Positions 1-13,040 of a stretch of 64,000 nt of DNA are shown here, piece after piece (position 1 is the first letter of the stretch; each line of letters starts with the position of its first letter). Below the pieces are notes generated by a model that made no database searches, was not told where the DNA came from, and worked only from the letters and a program-made list of their open reading frames with translations. The stretch covers positions 1,488,001 through 1,552,000 of the forward strand of contig NW_027361688.1 in the NCBI RefSeq assembly GCF_039654945.1, in the 5' to 3' direction. Source of the DNA: Dendrobates tinctorius (Eukaryota). The position numbers were made by a program, and so were the translations under genes.

Positions 1-65
1 AGTGAAGGATGGATGGAGATAGTGAATGGGCTACGCACGCACACTTACACAGAGAATGACTTTGA

Positions 66-3000
66 TTAGTGAATGTGATAGGCCGCTCTGAACAGGTGTG
101 TTTTGAGGGAGCGCCTAAAACTATGCAAATTGTGGATAGTCCTGATTTCTTGGGGTAGAGCATTCCAGAGGATAGGAGCAGCACGGGAGAAGTCTTGGAG
201 TCGGGAGTGGGAGGTACGGATTAGTGCAGAGGTTAGTCGAAAGTCGTTTGCAGAGCGCAGCGATCGGCTAGGCCGATAGACAGAAATGAGAGAAGAGATG
301 TAAGGGGGTGCCGCACTGTGGAGAGCTTTGTGGGTGAGAACAAGTACTTTGAATTGGATCCTATAATGAATGGGCAGCCAATGTAAGGACTGGCGAAGAG
401 CGGACGTGTCCGAGTACCGATTACCCAGATGGACGATTCTGGCTGCTGCATTGAGTATGGACTGGAGAGGGGATAGTCGAGTGACGGGGAGGCCAATTAA
501 TAGAGCGTTGCAGTAATCCAGGCGAGAGTGGATCAATGCAACAGTGAGGGTTTTTGTTGTTTCCATAGTGAGAAAAGGGCGGATTCTAGAGATGTTCTTT
601 AGGTGTAAGCGGCAAGAGCGGGCAAGGGATTGTATATGGGATGTAAAGGAGAGATTGGTGTCAAACATAACACCCAGACAGCGCACCTGCTGCCGGGGTG
701 ATATTGTGGTACCACCCACGGAGAAGGAAATGTCAGATTTAGGGAGGTTAGTAGACGGCGGGAGCAGAAGTTCAGTTTTGGAGAGGTTGAGTTTCAGATA
801 GAGAGCGGACATGATATTGGAGACTGCGGACAGACAGTCACTGGCGTTCTGTAGTACAGCGGGGGTAAGGTCGGGGGAAGACGTGTATAGTTGTGTGTCA
901 TCAGCATAAAGATGGTACTGAAAGCCAAATCTGCTGATGGTCTGTCCAATTGGGGCCGTGTAGAGAGAGAAAAGAAGGGGGCCAAGGACTGAGCCCTGAG
1001 GTACCCCGACAGCAAGAGGAAGAGGAGATGACGTGGAGCCAGAGAACAAAACACTGAAGGAGCGGTCAGAGAGATAGGAAGAGAACCAGGAGAGTGCAGT
1101 GTCCTTAATGCCTAGTGACTGGAGCCTAGAGAGTAGGAGATGGTGGTCAACAGTATCGAAAGCTGCAGATAGGTCAAGAAGAATGAGCAGAGAGTGGTCA
1201 CCGTTACGTTTTGCTGTCAGAAGGTCATTGGTCACTTTGATGAGTGCAGTTTCAGTCGAATGTAGGGGGCGGAAGCCGGACTGTGAAGGGTCTAGAAGGG
1301 AGTGAATGGAGAGGTAACGGGTAAGGCGGGAGTAAACTAGGCGTTCCAAAAGTTTAGAGATGAAGGGGAGATTGGAGACTGGTCTGTAGTTGTTTTTGCA
1401 GGATGGGTCGAGAGCAGGTTTCTTTAGTAGTGGAGTAACGATGGCGTGTTTGAAGGAGGATGGGAAAATGCCCGAGGAGAGGGAGAGATTAAAGATTGTA
1501 GTTAGGTGGGTTGTGACGACTGGAGAGAGAGACTGGAGGAGATGTGAGGGAATGGGGTCGGTAGTGCATGTAGTCGGACGAGAAGAAGAGAGGAGTCTGG
1601 AGACTTCTTCTTCTGTTATGGGATCAAATGTGGAGAGTGAGCCAGGGGAGATGTAGGAAGGGATGGGAGTCACAGCACTTGGTGGTTGGGAGCAGATTTC
1701 TTGACGGATATTATCTATTTTTTCTGTAAAGTGGGAGGCCAGGTCATCAGCACAAATGTCTGTGATAGGGGCTTGTGCTTTTGGCCTGAGGAGGGAGTGA
1801 AAAGTGTCAAAAAGTTTCTTGGGGTTGTTGGCTTGTGAGGAGATCAGGGTGGTGAAGTAGGTCTGTTTGGCAAGGTGAAGGGCAGCGTTATAGGTTCTTA
1901 ACATAAATTTGAAGTGGATGAAGTCTTCTGGTGTGCGGGTTTTTCTCCATAGGCGTTCAGGACTCCTGGAGCATCGCTGGAGAAGTTGAGTTTGCGATGT
2001 GAGCCAGGGCTCTTTTACTCTGTGTTTGGAGGTTCGGAGGGTGAGGGGAGCTACTTGGTCAAGGGTGCTTCTAAGAGTGTCATTGTAGTGATGAACAGCC
2101 AGATTAGGACAGGAAAGAGAGGAGATTGGGGACAGAGATGAGTGTAGGGAATCTGAAAGTGTCTGAGGGTTAATAGCTTGTAGATTTCTGACTGTGTGGT
2201 AGGTAGGAATGAGCTGGGGTGGGCGAGGATTTGTGAGCGTGAAGGAGAGAATGTTGTGGTCAGAGAGTGGAAGCGGTGAGTTGTTTAGGTGGGAGATTGA
2301 ACAGAGCCGGCAGAAGACCAGATCAAGGGTGTTACCGTCCTTATGTGTCTCAGAGGTTGAAAGCTGTGAGAGGCCTAGAGAGGTGGTTAGTGATAGAAGC
2401 TGGGATGCAGATGTGGAATTAGGGCTGTTAATGGGGATGTTGAAGTCTCCCAGGATGAGGGTTGGTAGTTCTGAGGACATGAAGTGTGGCAGCCAGGCTG
2501 AAAAGTGGTCAAGGAAGAGGGTGGGTGAGCCTGGGGGCCGGTATATGACCGCTACCCTGAGGGAGAGGGGACGGAAGAGCCTGATGGTGTGGACCTCAAA
2601 AGAAGGGAATAAGAGTGATGGGACTGGGGGGATGACCTGGAAAGTGCATTGTGGGGACAGGAGTATGCCAACTCCACCACCAGGTCTGTTTGTGGGTCTC
2701 GGGGAGTGAGAGAATTGTAAGCCACCGTAGGAAATGGCAGCAGGAGAGACAGTGTCAGAATCCTGATTTCAGGTTTCAGTGAGGGCCAACAGATTAAGAG
2801 AGTTGTTCAGAAAGTAGTTGTGTAGGAAAGGAAGCTTGTTACAAGCAGACCGTGGATTCCAGAGGGCACAATTAAAAGATTGAGATGAGGGAGTGCAAGC
2901 AATGTTAATCAGATTATTGTGGTTTCGATATGAGGTAGGGTAGGGGTCGAGGTTGGGGGATGGTGGACCAGGGTTGGGGGAGATGTCCCCTGAAATCAGT

Positions 3001-3287
3001 AGGAGAAGGAAGATAAAGAGCCAATAGTTGTTGGAATTGTAAGTAGTTTTTTTCTGCGATGTGTTTGGGCAAGATGGGCTGAGGTTTCTCAGGAAGGTGA
3101 GGAGTGTGTGGGAGCTGTACATGGGAGAGGGAAGTATAGAGGGGCTGATGTGTATGAGTCGTGATGGAGGGGGGATAGGGTGATGAATGTGGATGGCAAG
3201 GGAACACAGGAGGATAAAAATAAAGCACATGGTTAAAGGGGAAGGCAAGGTGTGGGTTACCTGACTCCTTCCCTGACTTACTGCCAT
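66..3287 (-). pseudogene. L2 EN-RT ORF (~1073 codons) interrupted by one in-frame TGA at 2769-2771
   Basis: ORFs 66..2480 and 2769..3362 are in the same frame (2768-2480=288); motifs [53 protein letters not shown]; start MAVSQG matches MAVRQG of the intact copy. Confidence 0.88.
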
Positions 3288-3680
3288 GTATAAGTGCCGT
3301 TTTGCTGGATGCTTATCTTCTGTGATGCTTTGCTTATGGGATGCTTGCGTGCTGTACCCCACACTGCGTGCTTCCCCTTAGCAACTACTACATATATAGG
3401 CCACACTACAGGGTCAGGAGAGAGGGATTGTGGGAGATGGTTGGGTATAATTTGGCAGCTGGGGCCAGCACACCAGGGGATGGTTAGATGATCAAAGGCA
3501 CTAGACCAAGATGTGGCAAAATGCTATAGCACCTTCCACCTGATAAGATCTAGAAAGGCCCCAGTCACAGATCTAAAGCAGTAAGTATTACATACAGTGC
3601 AACAAATGAATTATACCAAAGCTTTAGCAAGCACATTTAAATATGCAGCAAAATGGTCAAGCAGCAGAAGTATGGAGTTG

Positions 3681-4032
3681 TACCATTTGGATATATTACA
3701 GCAGAGAAATAGAGGCAGCAGAGGTGGGAAGTTGTATCATTCAGGCTGCTTGCTGGCAGTGAATGGAGTAAATACATGCAGGGTGGCTCAGTTGATTACC
3801 ATTTGGATATATTACAGCAGAGAAATAGAGGCAGCAGAGGTGGGAAGTTGTATCATTCAGGCTGCTTGCTGGCAGTGAATGGAGTAAATACATGCAGGGT
3901 GGCTCAGTTGATTACCATTTGGATATATTACAGCAGAGAAATAGAGGCAGCAGAGGTGGGAAGTTGTATCATTCAGGCTGCTTGCTGGCAGTGAATGGAG
4001 TAAATACATGCAGGGTGGCTCAGTTGATTACC
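3681..4032. repeat. 116-bp tandem repeat, 3 near-identical units
   Basis: TACCATTTGG at 3681, 3797 and 3913, ending at TACC 4029. Confidence 0.95.
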
Positions 4033-4045
4033 TGTGTGAAGAGCA

Positions 4046-4650
4046 ATCCAAGAGAATTAGCATGGAGTAGTGACCGTTAGATTTAGCTGTTAGTAGATCA
4101 TTAGAGACTTTAGTGAGGGCAGTTTCAGTAGAGAGTAAAGAGCGGAAAACGGATTGGAACGGGTCGAGAAGAGAGTTATCAAAGAGATAGCGGATCAGAC
4201 AGGAGTAGACCAGGCGTTCCAGTAGTTTAGAGATGAAGGGAAGATTAGAGACAGGTCTATAGTTAGCGGCACAGTTTTGGTTGAGGGATGGTTTCTTAAG
4301 TAGTAGATGTATGATGGCATGCTTAAATGAGGAGGGAAAGATACCAGAAGAGAGAGAGAGAGGTTAAATATTTTAGTTAAGTGAGTGGTGACAGCAGGGG
4401 AAAGGGACTGGAGCAGATGTGATCGAAATGGGTCACTGGTGCAAGTGGTTGGGCGAGAAGATGCAAGGAGTCTGATCACTTCTTCTGTGACTGGTTCAAA
4501 ATCAGAGAGTGAGCTAGATGCAGTGGGGGAGGGAGGACAGTGCATGGTATGAGGTGATTGGGAGATAATTTCCTGTCGGATCTGGTCAATTTTTTTTTTT
4601 AAGTAATTGGCCAGATCGTCAGCTCAAAGCTCCATGGTTGGGGCCTGCAC
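4046..4650 (-). mobile_element. L2 internal fragment of the 60-63 kb subfamily
   Basis: High similarity to about 61263-61870 ([23 protein letters not shown]), with frameshifts. Confidence 0.9.
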
Positions 4651-5306
4651 TTTATATACTGCAAATGTCGGGAAGGGGTTAAAGCTTAATATGATTTGGT
4701 TGATCTTGTTTTTTAAATGTACAGGAAAGTCTTCTGCAGAAATGATGGAGGTTGGAGGGGCAATGGTGTAAGGAGGAGAGAATTAAGTGTTGAACAACTG
4801 TTCGGGGCTATGTGGTAGAGAAGATATGAGGGTTCTGACATCTTATTTAGCAGAGGTGAAGGCTGAAGTGAATGTGAACTCTGCCTGTGAGTGTGTTTTC
4901 ATACAGCACTCTGCACCGCTGGACACATGCCGTAGATTTTTGGTCAGGTTGATGTTTAAAGGTTGTCTATTGATTTGTCACACTCTTCCGTGCACAGGAT
5001 GGGAGATCGATAGCTGATGGAAGTGTGGCACTGTAGAAAACTATTTCTGTGCCTGTCATGGAGTGAAGATATGGAGGACAGCAGTAGTATAAAGTCAGAG
5101 TGTGTGAATGCTGATGTGTGTGAGGTTTCTGTGTGGGAGCCTGAAACAGGGTCGGGGTACACGTGTTAGGATTTCCTGTGGTCCGGAACGGAGTTCCGGT
5201 TGCCCCACAACCTCTGTTCTGAACAGATGTCTGGGTGGAGTTTGTGGTGTGGTGGAGTACATTCTTTACTCTTTCTTCTGGAGCCCTTGTTACCTCTCCT
5301 TCCAAG

Positions 5307-5938
5307 CAGGGCTGTGGAGTCGGAGTCGTGGAGTCGGTGCTCATTTTCGTGGAGTCGGAGTTGGAGTCAGTATAAAATGGACCGACTCCGACTCCTAAAA
5401 TATATAATAAATTGGGTACAGTAATTCAATGCAGGATGTGCTGAATATTTTTTAATAGGAGTTTGGGAAAGTTATGAAATATCCTATAAATGGCTGTTCT
5501 ATTCCTGATCTAAGGCTACATTCACACACAGCGTTTTTCCTGTGTTTTTTGAGGATACGTTTTTCCGCTGCAAAAGCTGATCATCTTTTTAAAAAACCGC
5601 ATCACCTGAAAGGTTTTTGAGCTCATAGATAATGTTTTCAATAGCAAAAGCAGATTAGAAATCTGCTCTATCTATCCATTTATCCATATCTGTCTATCCA
5701 TATCGTATCTGTACCAAAAAGAATGAAAACCGGGTAGTACACCAATATATATTCTGTTCTATCTAAATATCTTGATTATTGGATCATAAAAATGATTAAA
5801 TGTCTGAGGTTCACATTGTACTACAATAAATTTTTCACTTAAATATAAGCAATATGTGTGGGAGTCGGAGTCGGAGTCGGTGTAAGGGAAATTGAGGAGT
5901 CGGAGTCGCAGGTTTGGCTTACCGACTCCACAGCCCTG
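5307..5938. mobile_element. Non-autonomous hAT MITE
   Basis: 17-bp TIR CAGGGCTGTGGAGTCGG / CCGACTCCACAGCCCTG; 8-bp TSD CTTCCAAG / CGTCCAAG; subterminal GGAGTC repeats. Confidence 0.88.
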
Positions 5939-6517
5939 CGTCCAAGGGACTGATTTCGGCTACAAACAAGACAGAAGACCTTGGATCCAGGATAACAGGT
6001 CCGACTTTACTGTGCAATGATTTACACATGGCTGCAGCATACAGATTTAGGCCAGGGTCAGACTTGCGAGAAATTCGGATGAGTCTCGCATGTCAATACC
6101 TGAGACTGCCGCCGACACTCGGATCGGAGAGTTCAGCTGTATAGAAATAAATGCACCTGAACACTTTGATCCGCGTGCCGGCAACAGTGACGTATAGAGT
6201 TGAGCGACTTTTGGTTTTTTAGGGTCGCGTTTCGTTTCGTGAAACCCGACTTTTCCAAAAGTCGGGTCGAGCAAGATCGTCCGATTATAGGGAAAAGTCG
6301 GGGTCGTCCCGAAACCCGAAACCCAATGTAAGTCAATGGGGAATAAAAGTCGGCAGTGAGAGGACAGGAAACACACCAACAGTGCCCATTTGAATGCCAA
6401 AAGCATCAATTCTTCTTACTTAAGCTTCATAATACAAGTTACGCACTGAAAAATGGGGGTTATTTGGCTACAGACTGTGGGGGGGGGGGAGGGCTGACTC
6501 CAGGTTTTTCTGGCAAC

Positions 6518-9500
6518 CTATGTGTCATCAAGGGAAGGTGGGACAAAATCCTTGGAAACCCAAGCATGGTTCATTTTAATGAAGGTTAGATCATCCACAT
6601 TTTGGGTTGACAGACGGGTCCTTTTTTCTGTCAGGATTGATCCAGCTGCACTGAAGACTCTTTCCGATAGCACACTTGCAGCTGGGCAAGCGAGCTCCTG
6701 TAAGGCATATTGTGCCAATTCAGGCCAGGTGTCCAGTTTAGCGGCCCAATAGTCAAAGGGGAATGACCTGTGTGGGAGAACATTGATATGGGAGGAAAAG
6801 TAGTTTGTAACCATAGTTGACAACTGCTGTCTAATGTCACTTTCCATCGATGCAGTATTACCAGTTGTGTGAGCGGTACTTGAAAAATCAGTCCACAACA
6901 TTGTCATGAAACCCCTGTCTCCAACGCCACTTCTGCTGTGTGCACCACGAACACCTCTGCCAAGCTGACCCCGGCCCGTACGGCTCGTGTGAGAACCATC
7001 ACCGCTGATGTGTGCTGGGAATGCCTCAAGCAACCGATTTACCAGAGTTGCTTGTTTATTAGCCAATATTAGGTCAAGGTTCTCCTGTGGCATGATGTTT
7101 TGTAATTTGCCTTTATAGCGTGGATCCAGGATGCTGGCCAACCAGTAGTCATCATCGTTCATCATTTTGGCAATGCGGGGGTCCCTTTTTAGGATCTGCA
7201 AGGCATAATCTGACATGTGGGCCAATGTTCCCGGTGTCAATGATGCACTGCGAGTGCTCGTTGGAGGAGCACTTTCTGGCAAATCCACATCCCTCCAGTC
7301 ACGCACAAACCCTGTACCAGACCTTGCCACGCCAACATTTTCACTTGCCCCACGAGATGCATCCTCCTCCCCTAAGTAATCATCCCCATCATCCTCCTCC
7401 TCCTCTTCTTCCTCCACCTCGTCCAGGAGAGGTCCCTGAGCAGACAATGGCTGAATGTCATCAAGGATTCCCTCCTCATCAACATTGGCTGCAGAAGCCT
7501 GCTCCTTAAGGTGCGTCAAAGTTTGCATGAGCAGACGCATAAGTGGGATTCTCATGCTTAGGATGGCGTCGTCTGCGCTTACCAGCCGTGTGCATTCCTC
7601 AAAACACTGAAGGACTTTACAGAGGTCTTTCAGCTTCGACCACTGCACACCTGTCAACTCCATGTCTGCTCTCAAAGTGCCTGGCCGTGTATCCTCCCAC
7701 AAATGCATTATGGCCTGCCTCTGCTCGCACAGCCGCTCCACCATGTGCAGGGTGGAGTTCCACCTTGTTGCAATGTCGATAATGAGGCGGTGGTTGGGAA
7801 GGTGGAGCAATCGCTGCAGCTTCTGCATACGAACGGAGTGTACAGGCGACCGGCGGATGTGCGCGCACAGTCTTCGCACCTTCTGGAGCAGGGCTGTTAA
7901 CTCCGGATAATTTTTGAGGAAGCACTGCACCACCAGGTTCAAGGTGTGAGCCAAGCAAGGTATGTGGCTGAGTTTTGAAAGGGCTATGGCTGCCACAAAA
8001 TTACGCCCGTTATCACTAACTACCTTGCCTGCCTCAAGATGTACACTGCCCAGCCATGACTCAGTTTGTCGCTTCAAGTACTCGGTCAGCACCTCGGCGG
8101 TGTGTCTGTCGCCCAAACACATCATCTGCAACACAGCCTGCTGACGCTTTCCACTAGCTGCTCGATAGGGGGACACATCGTGTGCAACAGTGGCAGCTGC
8201 AGATGGAGTGCTCGTACGACTGCGCTCTGTAAACGAGCTTTTGCTTCTGGAGGAGGAGGGTCGAACGCCTACAGCCAACTGTTTCCTATACCGTGGGCTA
8301 GGCAGCACTGTCCCACCACCGCTGTCCCCTGTGGACCCTGCATCCACCACATTAACCCAGTGCGCAGTGATGGACACGTAACGGCCCTGGCCATGCCGAC
8401 TGGACCATGCATCAGTTGTGAGGTGCACCTTTCCGCTCACTGACTGCTTGAGTGCATGGACAATGCGGTCTTTCACATGATGGTGGAGGGCTGGGATGGC
8501 TTTGCGAGAGAAGAAGTGGCGACTGGGTAGGTCATAGCGTGGTACTGCATAGGCCATGAGTTCGCGGAAAGCTGCGCTTTCCACCAACCGAAAGGGCATC
8601 ATCTCAAACGAGATTAGTTTGGCAATGTGGGCGTTCAAACCCAGTGTACGCGGATGAGAGACTGAGTACTTTCTTGACCTACTCATAGTGTCTGGGAGGG
8701 TGAGCTGGACTTGAGAGCAGCATATGGTGGAAGTAGAGGTGGACAGGGCGAACAGAGAGGGTTGATGATGGTGATGGAGTTGGTGTTCTTTCTGATGGCC
8801 TAGAATCAGTATTTCGTTGATATAACAGTGGGATTCCCTGACTGCTGTGGCCTTGCAACGACACCTCAACATTTGCTGCTGTGCTAACCGGTGGGCTTAC
8901 AGTGGGGGAAACAATGTAGCGTTGCTGACTACCTTCGTTGTGATCAGTTGCACATGTGGCACTTGAGGTTTGGTGTTGTGTCCACACTTGCAAGTGCATG
9001 CTGGTTAAATGTCTAAGCATGCAACTGGTATTCAAATTTTTCCCTCTGCTAAAGGTCTTTGCGCACTTCTTACAGATAACCTTGGCCTGATCATGAGGAT
9101 TTTGTTCAAAAAAGTGCCACACTGCACTCTTCCTACTTTGGCAGACATTTTGCGGCCTAGCACGCTGTGATGTTTTGACCCTCTGGACAAGCTGTCCAGC
9201 AACTCTTTTGATTTTTGGAACCTGTCTTTGGAGTGCTCCGGGCCTGCCAGATAACAGCTGTTGCGATGTCGATGTCTGCTGTGGATGCTCCTCATCTGAG
9301 CTATTGGAAGCAGCACCCTCTTCCCCCAATGGATGCCAATCTGGGTCAACAACTGGGTCATCCATCACCTCCTCTTCAATGTCATGTGCACCTTCCTCTG
9401 TGTCACCGTGTATGGTGGTATAGTGTGCGGGAAGGGGCACCTGAGTCTCATCAGGGTCAGAATCTGGCTCTGTACACTGCGAGGACAATGTAGTGCTCTG

Positions 9501-10082
9501 AGTGAATGTACCAGCAGAATCATCCATCAGCGGCTGTGCATCAGTGCACTCCATGTCAGATTCATCTTGGCCTGGGTAATTCACCATTTGACTTGATAAT
9601 CAAGGCATGGTATGTGAAAACAGCTCCATGGAGTAATCAGTAGTATGGCCTGCGTCATCCTTCAATCTTGGTTGGGGTGAAGGACACAAGGAAAGGTGTG
9701 GTTCATGAACATGAGCCTCCAATGACGACTCAGTGCTTTTACTTTTTACAACTTCAGAAGAGGAGGCGATAGAGCTGGAGGCTGAGTCAGCAATGTAAGA
9801 CAAAACTTTTTCCTGATGCTCTGGCTTTAAAAGCGGTTTGCCAACTCCTAGAAAACTAAGCCTTCGAAGCCTTATGGAGCCAGACGATGACGCAGGCTCA
9901 ACACCTCCTGCATTCGGTCCTATTTTGCTCTTGCCACTACCATCAGATCCACCACCAACACCATCATTACCAGCTGCCAACCCCCGCCCAATTCCACGGC
10001 CTCTTCCACCAGCTTTCCTCATTTTTGGTAGAAATGTAGACAAAATCCAAACAACTATATAGTAATGTAAAACAAGGTACAA
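6518..10082 (-). pseudogene. hAT (ZBED-like) transposase with BED zinc finger, DDE core and hATC dimerisation domain
   Basis: KSAVWHFF..VICKKC..LRHLTSMH in 8679..9587; LTTDAW, VSDNG, CLAHTLNL, TRWNS, SERVFSAAG in 6518..8872; in-frame TGA at 9600-9602 and a frameshift near 8.7-8.9 kb. Confidence 0.9.
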
Positions 10083-10100
10083 GGTGTCTATAGGACAGGG

Positions 10101-10580
10101 GAGATTTTGAATTTCTGCTCACACTAGTGGACACTGGACACTTTTGGATTCTGTGAGGCCCACTGAATATCTGAGCGCTATGTCACAGGCTCGATGGCAC
10201 AGCTGTGACCAAAGTGACTAGAGGATAAGGGAGATTTTGAATTTCTGCAGACACTTGTGGACACTGGACACTTTTGGATTGTGTGAGGCCCACTGAATAT
10301 CTGAGCGCTATGTCACAGGCTCGATGGCACAGCTGTGACCAAAGTGACTAGAGGATAAGTGAGATTTTGAATTTCTGCAGACACTTGTGGACACTGGACA
10401 CTTTTGGATTGTGTGAGGCCCACTGAATATCTGAGCGCTATGTCACAGGCTCGATGGCACAGCTGTGACTAAAGTTACTAGAGGATAAGGGAGATTTTGA
10501 ATTTCTGCAGACACTTGTGGACACTGGACACTTTGGGATTGTGTGAGGCCCACTGAATATCATAGCGCTATGTCACAGGC
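10101..10580. repeat. 130-bp tandem repeat (~3.7 units) upstream of the hAT transposase
   Basis: GAGATTTTGAATTTCTGC at 10101, 10231, 10361 and 10491. Confidence 0.93.
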
Positions 10581-13040
10581 AGAAATTGGCTAGTGTATCA
10601 CAAACTACAAGGTGTATGTAGAATTGGGCAGAGTAGGAATCTCCCTAGAGTGCAGGTCTGTAAGAAAGGAACATGTCCTCGACTTATTCTCACAGAGTGA
10701 CACAGATAGCTTCACTGTGGCTGTGATAACAGCCGTTACACGGTACTGTGTGAGGAGCGTACACCGCTGTATGGTGTGAAAAAATGCACGCTCAGTACCT
10801 TAGCAGGACAAAAAAAAAAAATTGGGATTGCTTTTAAAAAAGCAGTTTGCAGAGCAGTGGGCAAACAGCAATGCAGCTGTCAGGAAGCCTTAGAAGGCAG
10901 CCCAACAACCAACACCACTGATACACCACAATATAGCCTCCCCTTGCACTGCACACACAGTGACTGGTGTGTTGTACAGGCACAATCGCTAGCAGCAGAA
11001 GCAGTTTTTTTTTCTTCTTCCCTGCCTAACACTCTCCCTACAGAATCAGCAGCAACCTCTCCCTATGCTAAGATCGGCAGAAGTAAGATGGCGGTCGGCG
11101 TGCACACCCTTTTATACCCCCTGTGACGCCCACCAAAGCAAGCCAATCACTTGCATGCCCTTCTGAAAGATGGTGGTGACCCGTGCCTATGTCATCATGT
11201 TGCACACAGTGTCCATGGATCCTGATTGGCTGAAAAAGAGCGCAAAACAAACTTTTGAAACGCGACTTTGGCGCGCAAGTCGCCGACCTCGTGGCCGACC
11301 TCATCCTAGGGTCGGGTTTTGTTTCAGGAAACCCGACTTTGCCAAAAGTCGGCGACTTTTGAAATTTTTCGACCCGTTTCGCTCAACTCTAGTGACGGAT
11401 ATTGACGTGCAAGACTCGTCCGAGTTTCTTGCAAATCTGACCCCGGCCTTAGACAAGGTTTCTTTTTAGTGATATTCCCTTGGTTTTGTGATCCATCAGC
11501 CCTTGTCCCTGTCCTGTCCTGACACCCACCATCTTCACCTCACTCTGCCACCCGGCTGACAACTTCCTTATCAGGGAGACAGAGATGTGACTCTCTGTAC
11601 CTCTTCTGGTCAAGACTGTCCCTGCGTCCAGACTTCCTCATTCTTCTAGGAAACTTACACTGAACTGTCCCATTCTCTTCGGATGCAGCTTAGCTGCACT
11701 AGAAACTGCTAACTCTGCTGTGTTTAGCCTTGCTCTCCACTGCACCCAGAACTTGACTCAGTCCTGGACTCTGACTATCCTGTGTCTGACTCACTGTAAC
11801 CAAGAAAACATTTTCTATAAAATCTTATCTAACCCCTCACAAACTGTGGGCTAATCCCAACTCTATTAACTATCTAATCCCTAGTGTAGTGCAAACTGTG
11901 CCCCTATCTACTGTATGATGTATGGTTCCCCTAGTGGACAGACCTCCCAGATTCCAAGGGACAGACTTAGGCATAGCCTATAGGAGAACCAAACACACAA
12001 CACTGGCCATAAGGATAAACTATAACATTACTGTATCACACATTAATGCATAGAATGAAACAACATCATCACAACCCCCTGATCCACGACGTCTTCTTCA
12101 TCCCAGCCTTCTCCCTACATGCGCTAGCTGCAGGACTTGGAGCAGGTGAAGAGGACAGGGATGAGAAAATTAGTAGAGAGTGGTCAGCAAGGGGTAGAGA
12201 TGAGGCTGTAAGGTTAGATAAGGAACAGAGGTGGGTGAAGATGAGGTCTACTGTATCTCCGTCTGTGTGGATTTATGTGGAGAATCATTGTGAAGGAAGT
12301 GATAGGAGTTTGGAGGCTGCAGATTGGTGGGTGTCAGTTGGTGTTTTGAAATCGCCTACGATGATGGTGGGAATGTCAGAAGAGAGAAAGTGGAGAAGTG
12401 ATCGAAAAAAACGGAGCCCACAGGTCGGTATATAATGGTGTCAGGCACACCTTGTGAAGTGTACCCGCTAAGCCCAAGGTGGGTACACGGGCCCACGGCA
12501 TTGGTGTAGCTAGCAGGATAGCATGTGGGAAACGAGGACGTGGCACACACAAGAGTCTTGGGAGCAGCTGGATGGAAGAAGTGAAGTATGCAGACATAAA
12601 AGCAGGTTCAGCACAGACGTGCACAACACTCGAGTCTTGAATAGCAATCCGAAGATACAGGTCTGTGTCATAATGGGCCTTTAAAGGCCTAAGGAGATTG
12701 TCATATGTCGGGGAACCTGTAAAGCCTGATGTGAAGGGAGGAGGACCCAGGTCTGGGACAGGTGTGTAACACACGTCCACTTGGAGAGTGGATACGGACA
12801 GAGTGGACTTCAGATGAATGGATGGTAGAGATAGGGTTGGGTTGAAGTTGTTAAAAAGAAGAAGGCCAACTCTCCCATCATCCATGTTTCTCTGGCCCAG
12901 GAAGAATAGATTGATAGAGGTAAAGAAGTCATGAATGGCATGGAGTTTGTCGCAGGTGGAATGGTGTTGAATAGTGCTTCAGAAAGATGGAGTGGGGGTC
13001 AACTGGGTGACTATTAAGCTGGAGAGGTTTGGTAGATTGA

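Larger units (their letters stand above)
1..4045 (-). mobile_element. L2-clade LINE, near full length (3' UTR runs off window start), with 116-bp tandem monomers at its 5' end
   Basis: APE endonuclease plus RT coding region at 66-3287; collinear with the intact L2 at 59.8-64 kb; 5' boundary approximate, abutting another L2 fragment at 4046. Confidence 0.88.
6195..11391 (-). mobile_element. hAT DNA transposon, full length (5.2 kb), transposase disrupted
   Basis: TIR TAGAGTTGAGCGA / TCGCTCAACTCTA; 8-bp TSD GTGACGTA / GTGACGGA; subterminal CCCGAC motifs; internal transposase. Confidence 0.93.
6050..11448. mobile_element. PIF/Harbinger-like MITE (~200 bp) split by the hAT insertion (6050-6194 and 11392-11448)
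   Basis: TIRs GGCCAGGGTCAGACTTGCGAGAAA / TTTCTTGCAAATCTGACCCCGGCC; TTA on both sides. Confidence 0.82.

Noticed and set aside
4650-5300. Possible decayed LINE sequence
   Set aside because: No motif I could assign with confidence
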